A stretch of 64,000 nucleotides of DNA from Chloroflexota bacterium (GTDB lineage Bacteria; Chloroflexota; Dehalococcoidia; Bin125), in contig JAPPNI010000028.1 in assembly GCA_028873865.1 (NCBI GenBank), positions 14,598 to 78,597 on the forward strand. Direction: 5' to 3'. Both the position numbers and the translations under genes were made by a program. Positions 9,078 to 16,461 of the stretch are shown piece by piece; positions within the stretch are counted from its first letter, which is position 1, and every line of letters begins with the position of its first letter. The notes under the pieces are model-generated. The model worked only from the letters and a program-made list of their open reading frames with translations. It made no database searches and was not told where the DNA came from.

Positions 9078-9652
9078 GCACCATCGATGATTGGCGACGC
9101 CTGAGTTCGGAGATCATTGAAGACTTCAGGTTCTTCAGGCTGCGCAAGGACGTCTCGCGTCACCCGACCTCAGGCCGCGACCACCGTTTCTTCATCTTCG
9201 AGTTCCCCGACTGGGTCAACATCATGCCGATCACGTCCGAGCGGGAGGTCGTCTTCGTCAACCAGTTCCGCCACGGCACCCGCGAGCTGACCCTTGAGAT
9301 CCCCGGCGGCATCGTCGACCCGGGCGAGTCGGCGAAGGAAGCGGGACTGAGGGAGATGCTCGAAGAGTCCGGCTACCACGCGCCGGACGCGATCGAACTG
9401 GGCTGGGTGCATCCGAACCCGGCCCTGCAGGAGAACCGCTGCTGGTCGTTCCTGGCCCAGGACGTGTCCCGCGTCATCGACGACGACCACGTAGTTGGCA
9501 CCGGCAGCGAGGCGATCGAGGTGTCGAAGGTGCCGCTCGACGAGATTCCCGGACTGCTCAACGACAAGCTGATCACCCACGCCCTGACGATCGCCGCCTT
9601 CGATCACTACTGGCGCTGGAGCGGCCAGGTCGCCGACCACCGCTCCGGCTGA
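9074..9652 (+). CDS. NUDIX hydrolase (ADP-ribose pyrophosphatase-like)
   Basis: Nudix box GGIVDPGESAKEAGLREMLEESGY; ATGA overlap with the upstream gene. Confidence 0.9.
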   Translation: MSTIDDWRRLSSEIIEDFRFFRLRKDVSRHPTSGRDHRFFIFEFPDWVNIMPITSEREVVFVNQFRHGTRELTLEIPGGIVDPGESAKEAGLREMLEESGYHAPDAIELGWVHPNPALQENRCWSFLAQDVSRVIDDDHVVGTGSEAIEVSKVPLDEIPGLLNDKLITHALTIAAFDHYWRWSGQVADHRSG

Positions 9653-9698
9653 ACCCACTGTCGCCTCCGACACCCACGCTCCGCCAACGACCGCGACA

Positions 9699-9719
9699 GC
9701 ACAATAGTGCGTATACGAT
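9699..9719 (+). promoter_or_regulatory. Degenerate LexA-box-like palindrome GCAC-N4-GTGC plus -10 hexamer TACGAT
   Basis: GCAC-AATA-GTGC-G-TA-TACGAT has the same spacing as the perfect box at 26616-26629. Confidence 0.4.
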
Positions 9720-9810
9720 CGGCTCCGACGACCATCAATCGGCGTCGGAAAGGATCAGAAGTGACCGTCGCCGCCATCCGGACGAATCCTGGAATCACCC
9801 GCCGTCACGC

Positions 9811-9880
9811 AGACAAAATGTGGCCAATTCTGGACAAAACCGGACAAATCTGGACTTTTCCGGACTCATCCGGACCGATG
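9811..9880 (+). repeat. Imperfect tandem 10-bp repeat, ~7 units, consensus YGGACAAATC
   Basis: Units: agacaaaatg tggccaattc tggacaaaac cggacaaatc tggacttttc cggactcatc cggaccgatg. Confidence 0.8.
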
Positions 9881-9934
9881 TCGCGCGAATTCCCAGCCCA
9901 CAGCAGAAGATCGGCCCAATCAGGCCGAAATTTC

Positions 9935-10309
9935 CTACCCCCGCAGCGAATCCACGTCGAAGTCCTCGGGCAGCGGGATGAACAGGCTGCGCCGCGGACC
10001 CTCGATGTCGCGGGTGATATGGCCGCGGCCGGTCACGTCGTCGGCCAGCAGAATGTCGCCGCCATGCAGTTGCAGCCTCGACCCGTCGCCGACCTCAATC
10101 TCGACGGTGCCGCTCAGCGTGACGACGAACTGCCGGCGCGGGGCGTTGTGAAAGTCCAGTTCACCGCCCACCGGCGTCGTGCGGAAGACGATGCCCTCGG
10201 CCTCGAACATCTCGGAGAGGCTGCCGTAACGGCTCTCGGAGAGCGCCACGTCGATCGTCTCGAAGTGCGACTCGCCGTCGTCCCCGGTGTATACGCGTGT
10301 GATTTGCAT
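9935..10309 (-). CDS. Cupin-fold protein (paralog 1)
   Basis: TRVYTGDDGESHF...HNAPRRQ...IEV.DG...D.TG.GH. Confidence 0.8.
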   Translation of the reverse strand: MQITRVYTGDDGESHFETIDVALSESRYGSLSEMFEAEGIVFRTTPVGGELDFHNAPRRQFVVTLSGTVEIEVGDGSRLQLHGGDILLADDVTGRGHITRDIEGPRRSLFIPLPEDFDVDSLRG

Positions 10310-10323
10310 GATGCCGCCCTTTC

Positions 10324-10710
10324 CTAGTCGTCAAACGAGCGGGACCACTTGTGGACATCGAAGTCGTCGGGCAGCGAGACCATCAGGCTCATGCGCGGTC
10401 CCTCAAGGTCCGTCGTCAGGTGGCCGGGGCCCTCCACGTCTTCGGCATAGCAGATGCCGCCGGCGTCGAAGCGGCGGGTTTCGCCGTTCGAGACTTCGGT
10501 CTGAACGGCGCCCGTCATCACGAAGATCATGGTCTTGCCGGGTGCGGTGTGCCAGTCGTTGACGAGTCCCGGCTCCGACACGCGTACGATCACGCTCGTC
10601 GGGCGCAACTGCCGAGAGAGCGCGCCAATCTCAAACTCCTTGAGGTTGAGCGCAATCTCCTCGAAATGCGATGTCCCGTCGTCGCCGGTGTAGATGCGCG
10701 TGAGTTCCAT
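10324..10710 (-). CDS. Cupin-fold protein (paralog 2)
   Basis: TRIYTGDDGTSHF...HTAP...EV.NG...EDVEG.GH. ATG at 10710 with SD-like GAAGGGG. Confidence 0.8.
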   Translation of the reverse strand: MELTRIYTGDDGTSHFEEIALNLKEFEIGALSRQLRPTSVIVRVSEPGLVNDWHTAPGKTMIFVMTGAVQTEVSNGETRRFDAGGICYAEDVEGPGHLTTDLEGPRMSLMVSLPDDFDVHKWSRSFDD

Positions 10711-10758
10711 CTCAGCCCCTTCCATTGGCGTCCTGCTGGTTCGACTCTCGCAGCGATG

Positions 10759-11445
10759 CTACCGCGAGTAGTGAAGCCGCCAGTAGTCGCCGAGCTCCGC
10801 CAGGGACTGCACGATCAGATCGGGATGAACGTCCTTCGGCAGCGGTTCATGGGCCCGGCGCACCCAGACCGTGGTCGCTCCGAGTTCTGCGGCGGGACGG
10901 ATGTCGTGCGTGATTGAACCCGCGATGTGCAGTTGCTGGTCCGGCTCGATCTGGCGCGACCGATAGAGCTCGCGCCAGTGATCATGATCGGGTTTGTAGC
11001 TGCGCACGTCCTCGGCGGTGACCAGCTGATCGAACGACGCGCCCAGCTTGCGCACGCTGACTGCGAGACTCGCGCGCGTCACATTGGACAGGATCGTCAT
11101 CGGAGTCCCAACCGTCGCCAGGCGCTTGAGGAATCCGCCGGCATCCTGAAACGACGGCCAACTGGCGATCGAGTCGGCAAACGATCGAGCCGCCGCATCG
11201 TCGAGCTCGACGCCGAATTCGGACGCTGTGCGTCGTACCGAGATGGCCAGGACATCGTCGTACGGCCGGTAGCGCTCGTGCTCAACTTCCAGTTCCACCG
11301 CGAGGCGCCGCGCGACCAGCGCTGCCTTGTCAACGTCGGCCAGTTCCGGGATGGCGTCAACGGCGGCGCGCGCACCCGACTGCCAATCGATCAACGTGCC
11401 GTAACAGTCGAAGCTAATCACGGCCGCGTCGCGTGGATGCATCAT
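10759..11445 (-). CDS. HAD hydrolase, 2-haloacid dehalogenase-like
   Basis: FDCYGTLIDW, LSNV, SYKPD, HIAGS..HDI.PA. Confidence 0.85.
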   Translation of the reverse strand: MMHPRDAAVISFDCYGTLIDWQSGARAAVDAIPELADVDKAALVARRLAVELEVEHERYRPYDDVLAISVRRTASEFGVELDDAAARSFADSIASWPSFQDAGGFLKRLATVGTPMTILSNVTRASLAVSVRKLGASFDQLVTAEDVRSYKPDHDHWRELYRSRQIEPDQQLHIAGSITHDIRPAAELGATTVWVRRAHEPLPKDVHPDLIVQSLAELGDYWRLHYSR

Positions 11446-12674
11446 GGAGGCTCCTCGGCGCTATGGGAATCGGCGCCAAAGTGGACGATATCGCCGCCGT
11501 ACTTCTCGTTCAGCTCTCTGACCGCCTCATCCACCGCTCGTTGACGCTCCCGGCGAGCCGCCGACTGCGGCGGTTCCACGCTGGGTTGTCCAGACTGATC
11601 GAACAGCGACAGCTGCGCTGCCACCGGCCGTTGTTCAAGGCCCGACACTCCAACCCCCACCAACCTGAATCTTCGCATCGGGGAGACCTGCTCGCGCAGC
11701 AATGACTGTGCCGTTTGCTCAATGGTGGTCGCATCGCTGGTCGGTGCGGACAGCGTTCGTTGACGAGTGAAGGTAGTGAAATCGGACAGTCTTAGCTTGA
11801 TCTGGACGGTGCGCGCCCAAAATCCGTGCTCTTTGAGCCGGCCCGCCACGCTGTTCGCCTGCTCGCTGACCACGGCCGCGAGCCTCGACTCGCTGCCAAT
11901 GTCTTCCGCGAACGTCGTCTCGGATGAAATCGACTTGGTTTCCCGTTCTACCGACACACCTCGGTCGTCCAGACCTCGCGCCAGTTGCCAGAACCACTCG
12001 CCGCGACTGCCGAACCGGTCGAGCAGCCACGGCATGGGTTGTTCGGCCAGATCTCCGATCGTCTCGATCCCAGCGCTGTGCAGTCGATCGGCGGTCTTTG
12101 GCCCCACTCCCCAGAGATCGGAAATCGGCAACGGCGCCAGGAACTCAGCCTCCCTACCCGGAGGTACGATCGTCAGGCCGTCAGGCTTGTCCCGGTCGGA
12201 TGCGATCTTGGCCACCGACTTGCTGGTCGCCACACCGCAGGACACAGTGAGCTGAGTATCACGTCGGACCCGCTCACGAATCCATTGACCCAGCTCGGCC
12301 GGCGTGGCGCCCTCGGACACACGGTGGCTGACATCGATGAACGCCTCATCCATCGAGAGCGGCTCGACCAGGGGCGAGACGTCGCGGAAGATCGACATAA
12401 TCTGAGATGACACCTCGTGGTAGCGCGAGAACCGGGGCTTCACGATCTCCGCATGGGGACACAGGCGGACGGCCGTGCGCATTGGCATCGCCGACCGGCA
12501 ACCGAACGTTCGCGCCTCGTACGATGCCGCGGCAACCACGCCGCGGCTCCGAGGAGATCCGCCGACCAGCACTGGCTTGCCTCTCAACTCTGGGTCGTCG
12601 CGCTGCTCGACCGACGCAAAGAACGCGTCCATGTCCGCGTGAACGATATGCCGCTGGGGTAGCTGGGTCGTCAC
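11442..12674 (-). CDS. dinB: DNA polymerase IV (Y-family)
   Basis: HADMDAFFASVEQ, SYEARTFG.RSAMP, SMDEAF, KIASD..KPDG. Confidence 0.95.
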   Translation of the reverse strand: MTTQLPQRHIVHADMDAFFASVEQRDDPELRGKPVLVGGSPRSRGVVAAASYEARTFGCRSAMPMRTAVRLCPHAEIVKPRFSRYHEVSSQIMSIFRDVSPLVEPLSMDEAFIDVSHRVSEGATPAELGQWIRERVRRDTQLTVSCGVATSKSVAKIASDRDKPDGLTIVPPGREAEFLAPLPISDLWGVGPKTADRLHSAGIETIGDLAEQPMPWLLDRFGSRGEWFWQLARGLDDRGVSVERETKSISSETTFAEDIGSESRLAAVVSEQANSVAGRLKEHGFWARTVQIKLRLSDFTTFTRQRTLSAPTSDATTIEQTAQSLLREQVSPMRRFRLVGVGVSGLEQRPVAAQLSLFDQSGQPSVEPPQSAARRERQRAVDEAVRELNEKYGGDIVHFGADSHSAEEPP

Positions 12675-12708
12675 GCCTTTACGCTACCAATTCGTCGGAG
12701 ATTGACGG

Positions 12709-13308
12709 ATGAGTTTCTTTCAGCGACTGCGCTCACGATTGTCGGCAACGGCGGATCCCGAGGCCGCCACTTCAGCGCTCGCCGAGGCTGAGCGGCAACT
12801 GCGGCGGGGCGCATCTGTTTCTGACATCAGGCTGTCCATCCGGGAGATTTCAGGCGGCAATCGTATCGAGAGAGCCTGGATCGCGTTGCTCCTCGGCGAG
12901 CTGGATGCCGCGCTCGAATTCGCCTACGCGGCCGCTACCGAGCGGCCCTACGATGTCGACTCGCGTATCGTGCACGGCACGGTCCGACTGGCTCGCAACG
13001 AGTTCGACCACGCAGAGCACGAGTTCGACGCCGTGATCGAAGAGTTCGGCGCCGATCCTGATGCGGCCGACGGGCGCAGGGCAACGATCCTGGCGCGCGG
13101 CCAAGCGCCGCTGGACGAGCTGCCGGCATCTGAAGAAGAGTGGGATTCCGCGGCTGTCCTCTTGACCACGCTGTGGCGGGTCGCCGGGGTCGTGGAGAAC
13201 AGACTTACCGGCATGCAGGACAGCCACGCCGATGGCCGGTCAGTCATCATGGAAGCGCTGAGCAAAGGACAGGCCGCTGACCGGGAGGCTGAGCGTGGGA
13301 CTGTTTGA
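12709..13308 (+). CDS. Hypothetical helical-repeat (TPR-like) protein
   Basis: Helical pattern 'AWIALLLGELDAALEFA..A....P.D....I..G...L....F..A...F..V' resembles TPRs; SD GGAG upstream. Confidence 0.55.
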   Translation: MSFFQRLRSRLSATADPEAATSALAEAERQLRRGASVSDIRLSIREISGGNRIERAWIALLLGELDAALEFAYAAATERPYDVDSRIVHGTVRLARNEFDHAEHEFDAVIEEFGADPDAADGRRATILARGQAPLDELPASEEEWDSAAVLLTTLWRVAGVVENRLTGMQDSHADGRSVIMEALSKGQAADREAERGTV

Positions 13309-13621
13309 CGGATTGCGCCGGAGGCTGTCGGCGCTGAACGAAGTGCGGGAGGCGTCTCAGGCTGAAGCCGCCACTCAGGCCGATGTCGACACGGTCAGGC
13401 GCGCGCTGTTGGCGGAGTCGCAACGTCTGGGCCGGCGAGAGCGAATCTCGGTGACGATGCTGATGGAGTATTCCGAAGAAGACTTGCGGACCGTGGATCT
13501 GTTTCAAATCATCGGTCACCTGGACGCTGAAGGAGAGATCGGCAACGTTGAGCAAGATTCCTTCGGCAACCTGAAGTTCGATCTGGCTACGTTGACGAAT
13601 CGACCGAGTCCAAGATCATGA
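13295..13621 (+). CDS. Hypothetical protein
   Basis: 108-aa ORF overlapping the upstream gene by 14 nt; no recognised family. Confidence 0.55.
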   Translation: MGLFDGLRRRLSALNEVREASQAEAATQADVDTVRRALLAESQRLGRRERISVTMLMEYSEEDLRTVDLFQIIGHLDAEGEIGNVEQDSFGNLKFDLATLTNRPSPRS

Positions 13622-13647
13622 TCGCACTATGCAGGTTATGTGCGCCT

Positions 13648-13686
13648 AGACTCCGGAAACCTCGACATAACTCGAGTTTCCGGTCT
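13648..13686. terminator. Hairpin between convergent genes (probable terminator)
   Basis: ccggaaacctcga-cataac-tcgagtttccgg inverted repeat with one bulge. Confidence 0.45.
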
Positions 13687-13696
13687 GAAATCGTGC

Positions 13697-14734
13697 TCAG
13701 GGGGCGCGTTCGAGGACGAGCTGGAACTCCATGATCCCGATGTCGTCGATCGAGAGAACTCGGAAGCCGGTCGGCGGTTCGATGTCGTAGTCGGCCAGCG
13801 CAATCTCCGTCGAGCCCACCACAACGACCAAGCCATCCACGTATTGCCCCTCAAGCGCGATGCTGACCTGATTGGTCACGCCGTGCAGATCCAGCGTGCC
13901 TTGCACCGTCGCACTGAGCGTTTGCTCGCCCGTCGGCAACGCGTCGATCGGGATCGGTTCGGTGAGGACGAATGTGGCAAACGGGTACGTGTCGGTCTCG
14001 ATCCCGCGCGTGCGAAGTGCGCTGTCGCGGAACGATTGATCGCTCGTCAGCGTCCGAAGGTCGGCCTCAATGATCACCGACGTGATGACCGCTCCATCGA
14101 ATTCGAGCGTGACCACCACATCACTGGTGCGCCCCACCGCGGTTGCCGTACCGATGTTGGCTAACTCCTCGCCAATTCGGTAGCCAACGAACGACGTGCC
14201 CTGTCCCGAGAGGTTCCAGGTGCCGGCAAGATCGGCCAGACTCGGAGTCTCCGCGATCGTCGCGCCCTGTTCGGTTTGTTGGGCCTGTTGAACCTGTTGC
14301 TGTGACTGTTGCGCCTCGTAATCCTGCCCTGCTTGTTGATCCGTAGTCTGCTCGGCCTGCTCCTGGCCGTAGTCATATGAGACCGCTGGCTCCGGTTCTG
14401 CGTCCTGCGACTGCTGGCTTTCCTGGCCATCCGAGGCCGCAGAGGAGTCCTGTAGATCCTGGTCCCCTGACTCCTGCCGAGACTGTTCGGCCGAGGGTTC
14501 TTCACCGTTCGCCTGCTCCCGCGATTGCACTGGCTCGCCCGCGCCTTGCTCCTGCTCCTGTTGCCCCTGCCTCACCGACTCAACGGCGGACTCAATCGTC
14601 GCCGGCGGCGGCGCGCTGTCGAACAGGCCGACTTGCCAAAGGATGATCAGCAAGATCCCCACGGAAACGGCGGCGAATGCTAACCCGAGCGCAATGAGTC
14701 GTCTGGGACTGAGACTTGAGATTCGGCTAAGCAC
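13697..14734 (-). CDS. Membrane-anchored YceI-family lipid/isoprenoid-binding protein with Gln/Glu-rich linker
   Basis: N-terminal TM helix, ~100-aa Q/E/S linker, then GTW...SFVGYRI.E...G.T..V.....DL.TL.SDQ..RD..L...ET..YP.A.F...G.L.LHGVT. Confidence 0.85.
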   Translation of the reverse strand: MLSRISSLSPRRLIALGLAFAAVSVGILLIILWQVGLFDSAPPPATIESAVESVRQGQQEQEQGAGEPVQSREQANGEEPSAEQSRQESGDQDLQDSSAASDGQESQQSQDAEPEPAVSYDYGQEQAEQTTDQQAGQDYEAQQSQQQVQQAQQTEQGATIAETPSLADLAGTWNLSGQGTSFVGYRIGEELANIGTATAVGRTSDVVVTLEFDGAVITSVIIEADLRTLTSDQSFRDSALRTRGIETDTYPFATFVLTEPIPIDALPTGEQTLSATVQGTLDLHGVTNQVSIALEGQYVDGLVVVVGSTEIALADYDIEPPTGFRVLSIDDIGIMEFQLVLERAP

Positions 14735-14760
14735 AGTGACCTCTCCGCCTGTTCAGGGAA

Positions 14761-15741
14761 TCAGTCGTCCGAAAGTAAGGCGTCGACAAACGCCTCGGCG
14801 TCAAATGGCGCGATGTCGCCGAGTCGTTCGCCGGTTCCGGCGAAGCGAACAGGAATGTCGAGCTCCTCGGCGATGGCGAAAACGATGCCGCCCTTGCTGG
14901 TGCCGTCGAGCTTGGCCAAGCAGACGGCTGTGACGCCGGTCGCCTGTGAGAACTGCCGCGCCTGGCTGAGGGCGTTCTGTCCGCTGGTGGCGTCGATCAC
15001 CAGCAAGACCTCGTGTGGAGCACCCGAGTGTCTGGACTCGACGACCCGGCGCACCTTGCCCAACTCCGCCATCAGGTTCTTCTGGGTCTGCAACCGCCCG
15101 GCCGTGTCGATCAACACGACATCGGCCTCTCGTGAGATGGCAGCCTCAACGGCGTCGTAAGCGACTGCGCCGGGGTCGGAGCCCGGTTGGTGCGCAATCA
15201 CCGGAGCATCGATGCGTTCGCCCCAGGTCTGGAGTTGCTCAATGGCGGCGGCGCGGAATGTGTCTCCGGCCGCGAGGATGACTGACTTGCCTTCGTCCTG
15301 ATAGGCATGCGCGAGTTTAGCGATCGAGGTCGTCTTGCCCGCGCCGTTGACACCGACCACGAGCACGACATGTGGAGTCGCTTGGGTCGAGTCGCCGTTA
15401 TGTCCGCTCCACAGGGATCCGTTTGCTCGCGGTCGTTCGAGCCCGGCCACCATGCGATCGCGCAGCAAACTACGAATTACGGCGGCATCCTGGCCGCCAG
15501 ATTCCTCTCGGAGTTCTTCGACCCATCGGGTGGACGTGGCGCCGCCGACGTCTCCGAGAATCAGGGTCTCTTCCAGCTCTTCCCAGAAATCCTCGTCGAT
15601 GCGTGAGCGACTGAGGATCCGCCGGAGCGCTCCCAGCTGCCCACGCTTGGTGTTGGCGACGCTGCGCTGGTACTCCTCCCGAACCTCGGCATCAGACTGA
15701 TTGTCCTCGCCCTTGCGGAAGCGGCCGAAGAGTTTGACCAT
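14761..15741 (-). CDS. ftsY: SRP receptor FtsY
   Basis: [36 protein letters not shown]. Confidence 0.96.
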   Translation of the reverse strand: MVKLFGRFRKGEDNQSDAEVREEYQRSVANTKRGQLGALRRILSRSRIDEDFWEELEETLILGDVGGATSTRWVEELREESGGQDAAVIRSLLRDRMVAGLERPRANGSLWSGHNGDSTQATPHVVLVVGVNGAGKTTSIAKLAHAYQDEGKSVILAAGDTFRAAAIEQLQTWGERIDAPVIAHQPGSDPGAVAYDAVEAAISREADVVLIDTAGRLQTQKNLMAELGKVRRVVESRHSGAPHEVLLVIDATSGQNALSQARQFSQATGVTAVCLAKLDGTSKGGIVFAIAEELDIPVRFAGTGERLGDIAPFDAEAFVDALLSDD

Positions 15742-16406
15742 CAGTCGGCCGACCGCTCACTCAGCAGACGGTCAGTGAGCCAGACAGAGAGGTCATGCAT
15801 GCTCTGCCGCCCGATCTCGTGCTGCATGGGGTATTCCCGGTAGTCGAGATTCATTCGCATGGCCTGAAGCCGATCGCGGGAGCTTCGACCTCGGTCAACG
15901 CCAACCAGAGGGTCATTGGTCCCATGCTGGACAAGAAGCGGCAGATCGGCAGCGTCGGGGTGGACATCATCGGCAGCATCGTCCGAAAGCCATGTTGAGA
16001 GCATGGCCGCCCCTTGCCAGCGATGCGGTTCACTCAGCGCCAGGCGGTAGGCCAGGAATCCCCCCTGGGAAAAACCCATCAGCGCCAATCGCTCGGTGTC
16101 AGCGTCATAGCGCTCGCAGATCTCGTCGATGAACGATGACAGCGCGGTCGCGACGCGCTCCACCTCGCCGTCCAGAGGCCGGTCATCCGCTCCTCGCTTC
16201 ATCCAGGTGAACATCGGAGCGTACGAGTAGGGCGCGCCTTCCAGGGGGAACTCCGCCTGGGGGCAAACCACCTGTAACCGACCATTGGCAAGCATCGGCG
16301 CGAGCGGAGCGAGGTCCTGACAATGCGCCCCGTGCCCATGCAGGGCGATCAGTGTCGGGTACGGTCCGGGGCCGGCAGGCGTCCAGACGGCGTGAATGAA
16401 ATCCAT
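15741..16406 (-). CDS. Phospholipase/carboxylesterase (alpha/beta hydrolase)
   Basis: LHGHG, GFSQGG, HG..DP.V, M.HEI. Confidence 0.88.
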   Translation of the reverse strand: MDFIHAVWTPAGPGPYPTLIALHGHGAHCQDLAPLAPMLANGRLQVVCPQAEFPLEGAPYSYAPMFTWMKRGADDRPLDGEVERVATALSSFIDEICERYDADTERLALMGFSQGGFLAYRLALSEPHRWQGAAMLSTWLSDDAADDVHPDAADLPLLVQHGTNDPLVGVDRGRSSRDRLQAMRMNLDYREYPMQHEIGRQSMHDLSVWLTDRLLSERSAD

Positions 16407-16461
16407 GGCACTCAGGTTAGGGCAGAACCGGGACCGCCCCGCCGTGACCCATCAGTGCAAA

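Noticed and set aside
9811-9880. CRISPR array interpretation of the tandem repeats (also 26421-26510)
   Set aside because: The units are contiguous 10-mers with no unique spacers, and no cas genes are present.
9707-10327. 206-aa plus-strand ORF as a full protein
   Set aside because: Beyond about 9935 it is the antisense of the cupin gene; only the 5' repeat-bearing part is kept, as a finding.
12675-12708. SOS box expected upstream of dinB
   Set aside because: No GAAC-N4-GTTC-like sequence in the 34-bp divergent spacer.
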